A stretch of DNA of 64,000 nt from Eledone cirrhosa (lineage: Eukaryota): contig OZ024743.1 in NCBI GenBank assembly GCA_964016885.1, positions 31,682,001 through 31,746,000 on the forward strand, read 5' to 3'. The notes under the pieces were generated by a model. The model did not search any database. It was not told the DNA's origin and worked only from the letters and a program-made list of their open reading frames with translations. Below, one piece after another: positions 42,000 through 58,344 of this stretch (position 1 is its first letter; every line of letters begins with the position of its first letter). The translations under genes were made by a program, and so were the position numbers.

Positions 42000-43222
42000 C
42001 AGGCTTCGACAACTACAGACTCTCAGGAGCCGACTAGGCTTGCTCAACGGCCACCCAGCTCTCTTTCTGTTGAGAAACTACTTCACCATGCCGAAGCTCC
42101 TCTCTACCCTCGCAGTGCTCCGTGCTACACCCTCACATCTCTCCTCGCTGACCTCGATACTTGTATCCGAGCAGCAGCGGAGGAGATATGCAACGTCAAG
42201 TTTGACGATATTGGATGGCAACAGGCCACTTTACCTGTCAGGTATGGCGGCCTTGGCCTCCGATCCCCGATCTTGCTGGCTTTGCCGGCGTATCTTTCGT
42301 CGGTAACCTCGTGCCGCGTCCTCGTCAGCAGGGTTCTTCTAAACACAATAGAACCCTCTGTGTTCAGAGAACGTGAGCCTTTCTGTGAGGCGTGGGACCG
42401 ACTGGGACTTAGCCCAGCAGACGTCCCTCCTCCTTCTCCTCCTGTTGACGTCAAGTCCTCCAAAAGCACTTGGGATGCCATCCAGTGCAGCTTGGCCTCA
42501 GACAGGCTCACGCGCCAGCTCGACCATCACCGCATTGCCTGCTTTCGTGCGTCCTCCAAACCCCACAGTGGTGCCTAGCTTCATGCCTTGCTCACCTTCT
42601 CCAATGGCACGGAGCTAGACAACAATAGCCTGCGCATCGGCGTTTCTTTTAGGCTCGGTTTCCGGATGTGCGAGCCACACCAATATCGTTGCGGATCAGC
42701 CGTGGACTCTTTCGGCCCCCACACGCTGTCCTGTCGCCACAGTGCCGGCCGCCTTCCACGCCATGCTGCCCTCAACGAGGTCATAAAGCATGGACGGGAC
42801 GCTGCGAGCTTCCCTTCCCAGCTCGAGCCGGTGAGGCTTTACCGAGGGGACATAAAAAGGCCAGATGGCATGACCATCTTCCAGTTCCGCGGTGGAAAAC
42901 CCCTGGTCTGGGATGCTACTTGGATCGACACTTTCTTCAGCCGCAACCCGGTCAGTCTGCCACTAACCCAGGTTCTGCTGCACGTCGGGCTAAGGAGGCC
43001 AAGCTCCAAAAATACCGGTCACTCTCCGACAGGTTTGCGGTTGTACCCCTAGCAGTGGAGACTTCTGGTGTCCTCGGCCCCAGGGCTACCTCACTACTCA
43101 CCACCATGGGCGCTGAGCTGGCCAGCCGCAGGTGTGAACCCCACGAGTTGGAGTGGCTTTTCCAGCTCGTCTCCCTTGCCGTCCTCCGCGGGAACGCCTT
43201 TTCCATCCTGTTCACCGGTTCT
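42000..43222 (+). mobile_element. CRE-like non-LTR retrotransposon 3' fragment with restriction-like endonuclease
   Basis: WWQQATLPVRYGGLGL (RT thumb), degenerate zinc knuckle RCG..D..G.H.LSC, RHAALN, KRPDG...WDAT..DT, K..KY, PLAVETSG.LG, RGNA; GC-rich; frameshifts. Confidence 0.85.
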
Positions 43223-44417
43223 GTGTGTGTTTGTGGAGGGTTGCATCGTGTAACATTCCGTATTTAGGTATCCAGATTAATGGTGTTAGGGTATTATTAC
43301 TACATACACATCTATGAATGATTAAAGAAGAAAGTGTGAACAAAAATAAAAATAAAAATAACCAGTAAGGCATATTTCAACATTTCATCATGTGAAGGTT
43401 ATGTGCTGTCGTATCCAAGCACGGAAGGGGAAGTTGACTAGCAGTTCGTTACAAGCAATTATGCAAGCACGTGAGTACAGGCAGCCTATGCATTGTGTAC
43501 GTTTACATGGAAGATACAATAGCAGTAGCCATGTGCGGCTGCAGATATTTTCCAGGGTGGGTAGTTAGTATTTAGCGACTACTGAATCGAAGTAATTAAT
43601 GATTCGAGGTGCAATAAGCTGAACAAATGGAGGTGTTAGAGGAGGAATCGTACAGCTGTCTAAGGAAAGTGGAGTGCTAGGCTGTCAATAAAAAGGAAAG
43701 ACAAATGTATCAACACAAAGAAGCACTTGAGGGTTTCGGAGTTAAATAATTAAATAGTCGGTAAAAGTTGGGGTACAGGGTTGAAGTCTATGGACAATGT
43801 TGACTATATTCTAAGGAATATTTTACATATATTGTGCCTACATGTGCTGAAGAAGTCTGCACGTTATTTATTTCCACCATTAATAATATACAAACGTTCG
43901 GTAGTGCACAGATCACAACCACACGAACAATCTCCACACACGTACGATGGCGCGACTACATGGCAGCGTTGTCCATGACAGAGAGCATTGTACTCCATCA
44001 TGTTTAAGCCTCCATATGAACTCGGATATTGTCGCGTATCCATCCGGTTAAAGGAGTTGCGATATTATACCACCTAACCTTAAACCTGGTGGCTGAGACG
44101 CCAATATATCTGTATATTATTTCACTAGTGGTAATCCTACACCCAATATGCCTTCGGCTATTACATCTGCAATTTAAGCGCGTACGATGCAGAGTCTGCT
44201 TGCACTCGCATGCTTGCCAATTTGCATTGCAAAAATATCTCTGTAGGTGGGAAATTATGTATATATCAGTATTTGTATACGGCTATGCGTGAGTTCAGTT
44301 GTTTCTTATGAAGTCCAATGGCAACTTCTTCTTCCGCCTTTTAAGGGTTTTCATCCTTTTTTATATGGTATCTTTATAGCACTTTTGCGCTTGAGCATCA
44401 TATATATATATATATAT

Positions 44418-44842
<425 letters not shown>

Positions 44843-47800
44843 ATACTATTTATAGTTATGTATATAGTATAAACAACTATAAACAGGGAGGTCAGTAATT
44901 TCCTACTACCTTATTACCAGTAAGAGTAATAGCTCAATGTAAGAACATCAGTTGTTTAACAGAGCAGGAAAATAAATAAATTAGACAATTATCAAATTTG
45001 TGTTCAAATCATTTAATAGCTGACAATCGTTTCTTTCAAGCTCTCATTTGGAGCAATTGGAGCATTATCAATGTTTGTACATTTAATTAACCTCCTATTC
45101 AACTGAACAATAATATAGATACATATATATTGATGTTGTGAGCAACAGTTTCGTATTTACAGGGTGGAATGGGTGTGAGATATATTTTACGAGAATTGTA
45201 CCAAAATTCAAATTCAAATTAAAAGCAGAGTGGAATACATGCAACAGATAATACAAGAGAGTAGTCTAATAATTAAAGAGGCGTTGTGAAAGGAGATTTG
45301 AGAAAGAAAGAGTTCATTAGCAATACAAATCCATGTGTGTAGAAAGTGCACATGCGTTAGTCATATATATGAGAAGGAAATAAACAAAGTTATTATGCAT
45401 ATATAGATAAATAAATACTGTATTTTAAGCAAAAATGTAATGTATTAAAATCTAAGGAGAACGTAATATGTTGATAGTGTTTGAATGTGTGTGTGTTGAG
45501 GAGAATAAAGTTATTGCAGTCTCTTCCATTACATATGTTGAATTATATTTTAGTTAATGTTTATATTGAATGTTTAAGTTAGTTAAATCAATGGATTGTA
45601 AATTAGTCTTGTTGTATTCATATTCATGGTCTATAGTTGTTCAACAGGTAGGTTTTCCAACGGTTAAAATTTCTGGAAGTGAGTAAGGGGAGCTAATGCG
45701 TAAGGGGAGCTAACTAGCTAATTCAATTCAGTTATTTAAATCGTTGCTCTAATACACATTATAATGTGATAAAATTGAATCTCTATTACATAATGCTATA
45801 CATTTATACTTGATTTTAAACACAGTGTATTTTATTATAATACATTAAAGGTCGCTTAAGATTGTTATCTATTCATTACTGGACACGATATACGTTATGG
45901 AAAATAGCTGCTTATATATCCAAATAGATATATCATTTGTGTAATAATATACATTACTGTTTAAAAATTAATCCCTTATATACAATGCTGTTACATTATA
46001 TATTTAATTATAAATGTATATATACTTTTTTATTATTACATTGTGTTAAAGGTAGATCCCTTATATACATGTTATTAATTTAAGTATTTAATTATATAAA
46101 TATATATATAGTTTATTATTACATATTACATTAAATGTCTCTACATGTTAAATATCCATTACTTTATATAATATAATTAAGGTATATTAGTTATACCAAA
46201 AGGTGGTAACTTTATGTTTAATTCTATCAGTTATTGCAGAGTATAAGGTTAGAGGTACATGGGAGTTGTGTAGAGGAAAGAGCTGATCAAAGAGTGTGTA
46301 GCTGTAGGGGCTGATAAATTCTAGATGTGAAGTGTTAATGGTGGTGGGGAATTCAAATCTGACATTGATATATACTAACAGCTAGGTTTAAAGTTATGGA
46401 ATGAGTGACGGTATCGGTGTTGGCACGAGGAAAATGTCTCTGACTTTCTATTAAGGAGGTCTGGTTTCGAAAAGAGTATAGTATGGGTCTCTAGAAGACA
46501 GAGCTTACATAATTTATTCGGTGGTTTATACGATGAGGCCCTATCTACTACTTCCCATTGCAGTGTAAATGGTCTATTCCTAGTTTTCAGAGAGTGTGCG
46601 TAGCTAAATAAAGAAGTGGAGTTGGCTAGATTGTGTTTTTTGAAAGAGTGGAGATGTGAGTTGTATCTTGTCTTGAAGCTCTTCGAAGTAGAGCCGATAT
46701 ATGTTTTAGAAGAATTGTTTGCGTTAACGGTGCATGAGTAGATGATGTATTTGGTTAAGCAATTATTACCTAAGGGGCAAGTTCTATTAGTTCTACAGTT
46801 ACATTTATTCTGGATGTTAGCTTGCCGGTTCCTATGTTGTGAAGAATTCTGGTTGCTAGGGATAACACTAGGGTAATGATGTCTGTCATTCGTATTGTTA
46901 TTGATTTCATTATTGCTATTATCATTATTACTATTATTACTACAATTGTTTATATGTACTAAGTTTACCTCCTGTTGTGTTTTAATTAGTTGGAAATAAT
47001 TATTAATCCTCCTGTTATTACTACTAGCTATATGGTATGCTATATTAGGTGTGGTGGGGTATGAGATTTTAATGGTATTTTTATTGATAAGGTAATGGTA
47101 CTTGTGGCCGGGCGGGAAGTTTTTTCTAAGATTGAGAAGAAAGCCTTAGGCAAGTTGGTAGAGACGTTTAGATTGAAAGGGGGATTGAAGAATGTATTAG
47201 TTCTCCTTCTATTTTTGTTTTTAGTACTGTTTTTATAGCTATTTATATCCTTGTTTATATTATTATTGTGGTATTTACTTTGGCGCGAGTTAAGTTTGGT
47301 ATTACCCTTCGTCCTAGAGTTATAGTGGCTTGTGTTTTTATTATTTTTCCTCATGGCCATATTATGAGAAATAATGTTGTAGCTATGTGATTTTATAGGT
47401 AGGAATTCAATCTCATTCTTATGTCCTGATTTAAATAAGGCCTCATTATAGTATTGTGAATTATTGTTAAATATGGTTTCATTATATGATAGATTAGAGA
47501 TTATATTAGATATTCCTTTAATAATTCAGTTTAATATGAATTTAGGGTGGTTAGAGTTGGTATTCACATAAAATAGTTTTTCGTTAGGTTTATGATAGGG
47601 TGTGTATATTTTAGTGTCTAGGCAAAGGGTAGCATGAAGGATGTTAACGTTTTTAGTGTTTTTATCTAAGGTGATACTTAAGTTGAAGGTTTTGAAAATT
47701 TTGTGTAATTGTTTCCTAGTTTTTTCTATATTAAATTTGTTATAGTCTATAAGGATAAGTGCATCATCGCGGTATAAACGACTGTTGAGGCAGGGTAGGT

Positions 47801-49199
47801 TCTTATGAATTTCATTAAGTAGATATAGGCCCACCAAATCAGTGACCTGCGCCGAGCCACTAGATCCCATACTTATGTCAAAGTTGTTATGCGTTTCCTT
47901 GCGGGTCCATAATTGGTCTTCAAATGTAATTATGGTTTTTCGGGCCGCAAATATGACAACTATTTGGGATCTTGTCAGGTCACTATTGTTTATGGCCATA
48001 ATTAAAGCCGTATTTAATAGGATATGGGAAATAGAGTGTAGTATGGATTGATATCAAATTGTATGAATTTTTTATTTTTACTCTCTTTAATACCCTTGAA
48101 CCATTCAATAACTTCACCTGTATTTCCCCTTTGGTTAAGATATATTTTGTGCTTAAATTGTGGGATGATTCTATCTAGTATTTTCTTGCTGATAATACCA
48201 GTGTCAAATTTAGAAGGGCAAATTAGTCTAATTGAAGGGTTACTAATGAAGTCTTCTTTATGGTCCTTCAGAGACAATCTTGGGGGACAGGGGTGTATGG
48301 CTGTGTATGTCTCTGAAGTCCTAATTTACACACTATACTACGGCCTTCTATATTTATATCATCTAGGTTTTTAATAGTAGTTTTCTTATAGCTCCTATGC
48401 AGTTCCTTATATATACATTTTCTATAAGTATCGTAATCTAAGATATATATATTATTAGTTTTATCTGCATGTACTAGGACTTTTTTTATTTTTATGAAAT
48501 CCTTTAATAGTGGAGTTAAGTTAGTTTTATGAAGGTGTTGTTTCTATTATGATAGTTTTTGCATCTCATATTCTTAACTAGTTTAATTAGATCATTTTCA
48601 AAAGAGTTTAATATGGTGTTGTGAGGAGGGCTTTTAAATGTTTTAAAGCCATAAGTGTCGAAGTTATTTGTATCTCTGTTTTTGTATGAACGGTTTCTAT
48701 CGTAATGGAATGTCCTCCATCTCACTCTATTGATAAATGTGTTGACACTACTAATCAATAATTTTTCATATGTATCTTAAGGTGGTATTGGTATGTTCTT
48801 AGTAAACATAGGAAGGTAATCTTTGATAAGCATACTGGTAATTTAATGTATGTTAGCTCAACTGTATGAAGCAGTAAATAATAATAATACTATTTATAGT
48901 TATGTATATAGTATAACCAACTATAAACAGGAAGGTCAGTAATTTCCTACTGACTTATTAATTTGAATTTGAATGTTTGTACAATTCTCGTAAAATATGT
49001 CACACCCATTCCACCCTATAAATACGAAACTGTTGCTGGCAACATCAATATATATGTATCTATATTATTGTTCAGTTGAATAGGAGGTTAATTACATGTA
49101 CAAACATTGACAATGATCCGATGTCTCCAAAGGAGAGTTTGGAAGAAACGATTGTCCGCTATTAAATTATTTGAACACAACTTTGATAATTGTCTAATT

Positions 49200-49200
<1 letters not shown>
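44843..49200 (-). mobile_element. Near-full-length Naiad-type PLE with partial-tandem pLTR and inverted 5' pLTR segment
   Basis: Direct repeat 44843-44916 / 48887-48960; inverted copy 48960-49200 of 44977-45221; RT and GIY-YIG coding region between. Confidence 0.9.
46375..48833 (-). pseudogene. PLE RT/GIY-YIG polyprotein pseudogene
   Basis: MLIKDYLPMFTKNIPIPP*...FINRVRWR, SLKDHK..NPSIRLICPSK, FDISMGS, YRDDAL, and an uninterrupted C-terminal CNCRTNRTCPLGNNC..IIYSC..TYIGST...CKLCLLE...LLNRKSE..SCQHR; several stops and frameshifts. Confidence 0.9.
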
Positions 49201-49269
<69 letters not shown>

Positions 49270-49429
49270 TATGAATGTAGGAACGTAATGTTCATGGTAT
49301 AAGACAAGATGTAAATATGAATAATTGAATCCTATTGGACATTGTTTCTTCGTGTTCGGTAAGTTATTGTATGGCAACGTGTAACCAACTAACGTCTCAT
49401 GTATGATGACAAGTTTTCGTTAGAATTAA

Positions 49430-50130
49430 CCAATTGGATTGTCTCGCGTACTGTGTGGGAGAAGCTAGTCAAGGGGCCAGTGTGATGGCGTATAAAGAAG
49501 AATCACTACTATTATTACTATGATTTTCGTGATGATATATACTCATGTTGGGGTTTTGTCTCCATATGAACAGAAATATTTCTGGAAACAGTTTTTAGGT
49601 ATTTTCTTTTATTTTCAACCTTTCGAAGCGATAGATCGAGGTGATAAACCTATCGTTGATGCATAACTTACAGTGTTTGCTCAGCATCAATATGGAGTGC
49701 AGTATAGGAAATATTCCAAATGATATGATTGGTGTTTATTCCACTAAACTCTACTCCTCAGATGCATTGAGTTAGTAGGTTAAGGTGATATTGTCTGTGA
49801 AAATGTGTGCGTACCATATTGGCATAGTTGTTATTTCTAGTCAGATTTAATATAATACCTAAATAATTGAATGATTTAATATTTTTGTGGAAGATCATTC
49901 TTACATAAAATTCCTGGAATATGCTTATAAGGTCTTTTCTAAACCTAATCAAGTTGCAACCATTCCCTAGACAAAATCAGTATGTCCTGCCTTTATAGAG
50001 TTAAACTCTGTGGAGGTAATTTATACATAAATATGTAAAGTGTGAATAACTGTGTGCCATGACAGCACTGAATCTAACCATAGCCATATTCTAAACACTA
50101 AACAACCGTTATAAAACAAAACCGGTACAC
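49430..50130 (-). mobile_element. Old PLE RT fragment
   Basis: RFRKDLISIFQEF...FNYLGIILNL resembles RMRKNIRKLFKELGL..VNFLDVTFNL of the Naiad copies. Confidence 0.55.
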
Positions 50131-50716
50131 TTGTATTCGATATACTGTTGGTTTTAGTATTAGTAATGATAATGAAAGTATTCTCAAATTCTACACCTCT
50201 ATAATAAAGGCATTTCGAAATTTTTGTGGAAGTGGGCTAATCTACAATGCGCTTTCATTTCTACCTTACTGGGCCATTTACTTCTAACGCCAGTTTCGCT
50301 AGCATCAATTCCGTGAATTTTCTAATCATTAATTTCTCTCTTTTCACTTAAACGTGTTTTAAAACTCGAGTTTTATTGTTTTCATAGCGTTATGTTTATG
50401 GATTTATAATGTGATCTATGGCAATCGCATGGCAAACCGCTTTTATTTTCATTTGTGTTGGGATACTGAGATATAACTTTATAAAATATTATAATATTAA
50501 TATAGCTGCTTCTCTTGATGTAAGTTTTATATTTCCTGACAGGAGTTTGATCAGTATTGCGCAATATGATTTGTATAATATTATGGGTTTTTTTACGGTA
50601 AACATATGTATTTAATATATTATACGAACATGCATACATAAACACAGGGGACACACAAACACAGCCAAACTCACACACACACACATATATATATATGTAT
50701 ATTATATATATATATT

Positions 50717-50769
<53 letters not shown>

Positions 50770-50771
50770 AT

Positions 50772-50802
<31 letters not shown>

Positions 50803-50812
50803 AATATATATA

Positions 50813-51703
50813 TACGAGGTGTGTCAGAGATGTTCCCGGATTGATGTCACAAAAGATTTATTTCAAACCCAAACTTCACATTAAGAGTTTTCTCCTTCAA
50901 AGTAATCCCCCTGGAGTATGTAACTGTACTCTTAGCTCTCTGCAGCGATCAAACTTTTTTCTTCATAATTTTATATACATGTCCTCTGTTTCAGGTCGTC
51001 AAGCAATAAGCTCAGAGCAACGAACAAACTTGAAGTTTCTGGTAGGGTTGGGGAAAAGCTCCGTCAGAAACACTGGGATTGCGGCAGCAAGTGTATGGAG
51101 ATCAGACGATGTCACGCTCACGTGTTTTTGAGTGGTGGAAGATGACCCCAGGAGCGGAAGGCCATCAACAACCAGGACTGAGATCAACGTTGAGCGCGTC
51201 AGGCAGATGGTCCGTAGCGATCGTCGGCTGACTGTTCGACTAACCGCAAATGAGCTGCGCGTGAATCGGGACAGCGTCTGGAAGATTCTCACTGAAGATT
51301 TGGACATGCGGAAAGTCTGCGCGAAGATGGTGCCAAAACAGCTGAACGATGACCAGAAAGGGTCGACGCATAAAAGTGTGCCAGGACATCCTCGAGCGTC
51401 TTGAAACCGAACCAGACTTGCTAGGGACAGTCATCACCGGTGATGAGTCATGGATCTTCGAGTACGACCCTGAGGGGACCCGTTTTGAAGACGTGGACGA
51501 CATCAAAAAGGCGGTGACGACGGAAATGCGGAGGATCCCGGAAGAATCCTTCCAGGACTGCATGCAAGCGTGGCAGAAAAGGATGGAAAAGTGCATTAGA
51601 CTCCAGGGGATTACTTTGAAGGAGAAAACTCTTAGTGTGAAGTTTGCATTTGAAATAAATCTTTTGGGACATTAGTCCTGGAACTTTTCTGACACACCTC
51701 GTA
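50813..51703 (+). mobile_element. Non-autonomous mariner, second copy of the 12.2-kb family
   Basis: Same TIRs, TA TSD and the same internal deletions; ITGDESWIFEYDPE|GTRFEDV junction. Confidence 0.92.
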
Positions 51704-52046
51704 TATAAGTGTGTCTGTGTGTGTGAGTGCGTGTGTGTGTGTAACAGTGTATGCGTGTGTATGTAGGTGTTTGGGGGAATTGCATTTATATTGATTATAT
51801 AAAAGAGGCTTATTCGTCTGGATTAGATGCACATTAATCGTCAACCGCTTCAGTTAATATAGGTTCAGGTATTTCGACTTTGATCTAAAGCAAAGCCGAC
51901 ATCATGTTTACTCGACCGTGGCGAGTCTTTGATGAGAATTACCATTGCATCTTCCAGTGATATGTGAAGATTAAATAGATTCTTTTACACTTCATCATTT
52001 GGCATTATAGCTTGTCACTTTTATAAGTATGAGCATAAACACTCAT

Positions 52047-52145
<99 letters not shown>

Positions 52146-52179
52146 TATATACATATAAATATATACATTTATATATATG

Positions 52180-52237
<58 letters not shown>

Positions 52238-52277
52238 AATATATATATATATATAAATATATATATATACATATATG

Positions 52278-52421
<144 letters not shown>

Positions 52422-52743
52422 GTGTGCGTGTGTGTGTATGGTGTTTACGAAGGTGTCTGTGAGTATGTACCTCGTTATATAATCACATACGCTACATTTA
52501 TACATATCAGCATAACTGTTTTATATACGTCCTAGAATCTAGATGACATTATCAAAATATGTGAGTTGCGTGTTGGTATAGATGCGATAAGATGTACATA
52601 AGCACAATACAAAAACGAATATATATCTAACGTTTAGAAATGTCATCGATTACTTGATAATTGTATATAAATATACAAATATATATATATATATATTTGA
52701 ATATATATATATATATATTTGTATATATATATATATATATATT

Positions 52744-52785
<42 letters not shown>

Positions 52786-52847
52786 CAAACATGTATGCGA
52801 AGCAGGTGAAACACCAGAGTAGCAAGACTTTGTAGCCGTAATCTATT

Positions 52848-52897
<50 letters not shown>

Positions 52898-53059
52898 TTT
52901 GTATATATATATATATATTTACCAAGACTTTGTAGCCGTAATCAATTCAATACATATATATCTATATATATCATCATCATCAACATCATCATCGTTTACC
53001 GTTATATATATTTATATATATACATATCTATATCTATCTATCTATCTATCTATCTACTC

Positions 53060-53245
53060 TTCGTACTCCTGGAGATGAGGGTTGCAAATTTTTTCCCATA
53101 TAAACTGTCTCCCCCTATTGGGGAAAATCGACTAATTTTTTAAATTGCATATGTGATAACATTTTACACGTTTTTATTGTATGTAAACTTCCCCCTTTGT
53201 ATTTGTCCCCTTCTTTTGTGCCCCTGTGGCTAATAAAGAATCATA
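53060..53245 (+). mobile_element. Short LINE-like 3' UTR fragment within a (TATC)n tract
   Basis: Ends ...cccctgtggctAATAAAgaatc then TATC repeats; (TATC)n also on the 5' side. Confidence 0.4.
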
Positions 53246-53532
53246 TCTATCTATCTATCTACTATATCTATCTATATATTTATATATATATAGGGGGGGG
53301 GGTTGTATGTGTGCGTGTGTGAAATTAGATATTAATAAATATATAGAAGGATGAATTGATTCATATATTCAATCATATGCGAATACCTACATACAAATCT
53401 TTTGATATGTAAACATATGCATGTTTCTTGATTGATGTTTGAGTGTGAGAAAATATAAATCTTTGTATGCATATTGAAACATGTCCTCACACACACAGAG
53501 TTACATATGTATAAATATAATATATATATACC

Positions 53533-53638
<106 letters not shown>

Positions 53639-53750
53639 TTTGTGTGTGTTTAAGTGTATATATCTATTGATCTCAATATATATATATATATATATATAAC
53701 TGAGTTTTAAATAAACCCGAATCAACTGAATATGTCCTCCAATCTTTTAT

Positions 53751-53782
<32 letters not shown>

Positions 53783-53805
53783 GTAAGTATGCACACGTAC
53801 ACACA

Positions 53806-55250
<1,445 letters not shown>

Positions 55251-55316
55251 TTATATAAAAAAATATATAACCATAAAAGGTTTTATTATATACATAACCA
55301 TAAATAGTATCCTTAA

Positions 55317-55371
<55 letters not shown>

Positions 55372-55709
55372 TATATATGTGCATATATATATATATGTAT
55401 ATATATACATACATACATACACACACACATATGCTCGTATGGGTTATATCGAAAATTACTAATAATTTTCGATTCGTTTGTAAACAACCGGCCCTGTTTG
55501 AAGGTGAGCCCTGCCGGTGACCGATTGACACCTGTTTATTCAACACTGGCTTTGAGGATTAATATATATGTTCAGCCGTTCAAAAGTCTGACAGAAGTAT
55601 ACTTCCTTGAGGAAGGGTATTGACCCAGAAACCTGTTGATTGTTCCTCAAAGCGATATATTACTCGATATAACCCATACTACATATGTATATGTATATAA
55701 ATGTGTGTA

Positions 55710-55838
<129 letters not shown>

Positions 55839-56034
55839 GTGTGTGTGTATGTGTACGTGTGCATACTTACATCTAAGTATTAGCTATGCCAGAGCGAGAA
55901 ATAAAATTCTAATTTTGTATATATATATATATGTATGTATGTATATATGTCTATATATATATATATATGTATATGTATTTATATATATAAACGGAAAAAA
56001 TGAAACGATATTTCATTTCCCACTCTTATACGTA

Positions 56035-56117
<83 letters not shown>

Positions 56118-56824
56118 ATAAATATATATATATATATGTACATACATACATACATACTTACATACATGTAAACACATATTGGCTTATTATAAGATTTTGA
56201 TCAATTGTATGCTCAGTTATTCCGTTCCATTAATTGGTCGTTTTTCAAAGGTGATCTGCGTCTTAACTATGGCAACGGATGATATGTTTAAGCCACGCCT
56301 CATTTATCAGACTAAATACAATGTCACTCCTACTACTTTCATATTAAAGGAAGTATGTAATGTTCAATGATTTAAACACCAAAACATTGAGATTTTTTTA
56401 TAAACAATATTTTTATATCGATCCTCATATTTTCAGAATATATAAAGACTGTGTGTAATAGAATGTTGTCTGTGTATTTGTTCACAATTTTGTGCATTTG
56501 CGCATGATGGATTATGGAGGTTATACACTAAAAATACGGCTGAAAGCATTATATATATGTATTTATTAACGCTATAGTTTCCTATTTTTCGCTAAGCCAT
56601 TTCATGCAACGTCATGAGGCTTCGATAAATATTCAATAAAGATTTTTACAGTTTACAGTTATTTATAGAGTAAGTGATATATGTCAAAGTGCGCAAATGT
56701 TGCATGTGCGCAGGCTAGTACGCATGTGTGCATGTGTGTCTCTGTATCTTAGACGAAAATCAGTGTAGGGATAGTTACTGTTTGTATTACAAGTATTACT
56801 ATATATATATACATATATATATAC

Positions 56825-56856
<32 letters not shown>

Positions 56857-57428
56857 GGGGGAGGGGTGCTTGTGCTTGTGCTTTTATATATGTGTATATA
56901 CAGACGTATGTCTTTGAAACATAGACTATACATTATTATGCAACGCACAGATCAACTAACCCGGACGACAACAGTAACATCAAGCTATATTCAAGACATT
57001 TCCAATGGCAGTTCGAAAAGGATATGATAAACAGTAGTTGTCGCTTTCTTCCAGGAGACCGAAATACTATAGGTTCTCCAGTTACGCCGAGAAACTGAAT
57101 GAACTTTTCCTAGAAGACAGCAATACGATTCAGATCCTATAGCAACGGTACATGGAAATGCGTACTCTGCAGTTCTAGTATGTGGCTTATTTTAAAGGAC
57201 TCATTAGATACTAAGTCTGCCTGAATACTAGAATCGAATTACGAAATCGCTGACCACTCGCTGCAAGTTTCCTCCTCCGTTTCTGGTCACCACGCGAACA
57301 AAGACTTACAGTGCCTTAAGACCAGCCTACTTCATACCCACATGATACCACAGAGGTTATACAGCTGAATGACACTCAAGGCTGAACATTTAGGTCGGGC
57401 GTCATACCACACTTAAACATGAAGGTTC

Positions 57429-57849
57429 TGTAGCAAGCGTTGCCTCCCTTGTTATGACGATCACATCACCAGTAGCGCTCTCTAGACAGGAAGTAGTTGG
57501 AGTTACTTCCCGTTGAGGTGGCAGAACCTTCTTTTTCACTTCCGTCCGGGGAACTATAAAAGAGATAGCTGAAAGCTATCTCCCTCTCTTTTAACCTGCC
57601 TGGCCCTTCGGCCAGGCGCGTTCCACCGAGGGTATACTCTCTGGCAACCTGAACATGGTAATGTAAAGACCTCTTGGTCTCCTACGCGCTGACTTCAAAA
57701 CGGTAAACAACTAACTTTAATTCATCTTTTCATCTCTCTTGACATGTCAATAATTCAGCTCTACATAACTCAACCTTGTTAAATAAACAGTGCCCTGTTA
57801 TAGTTCTTTCATTGACCATATAGTGAACTATCGTGAAGCGACGTTTACA
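57429..57849 (+). mobile_element. LTR (probably the 3' LTR of a Gypsy-like element) with decayed internal sequence upstream
   Basis: TGTA...TACA termini, TATAAAA at ~57555, AATAAA at ~57782; upstream LRPAY and FRSG peptides resemble Gypsy integrase C-termini; no TSD seen. Confidence 0.6.
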
Positions 57850-58344
57850 TGTGCACGTGTTCATATGTGTACGGGTTCATATGTTTGTACCTGTATGGAT
57901 GTGCCTTCACACATGTGTACCTAGATACACAAACTTTTAAATATGTCTATGAGTGATCTGTCCACACAATTGGCATTACTTTAATAGACAACCAACCAAA
58001 TAACCTTACATATATGCCTCTGTGTCTATATGTTGCGTGTGCTTATATATCTATGTACATTGTATCATAGGAGACCATACAACATGTCCTTCCACCACAA
58101 CACACATAATACATGAACACGCCTATACTGGAAAGTCTACATAAAAGTACATGTTAGAATACAGAATTGCTTTTTTTCTGGTTTCATACTGAACTACATA
58201 TTTTTAAAATCTTTATCAGAATTTTTGAAAAAGAACATTTTTGACTTTGATACGTCCACAAGGAATAGCCATTTTTTTAGTTCAGACAACAGTGTCAGTG
58301 TGTATATATGCTATTGTTGTTTTCCTCTATTTTCTCCGCCTTCA

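Noticed and set aside
43310-44300. Possible CR1/L2 LINE remnant (HVLKKSARYLFPPLIIYKRS)
   Set aside because: Only one weak motif; too degraded to support boundaries or clade.
55604-55645. TTGAGGA-agggt-attg-accca-GAAA-cctg-tt hammerhead-like string
   Set aside because: No clear stem I and a non-palindromic stem III; too decayed to call.
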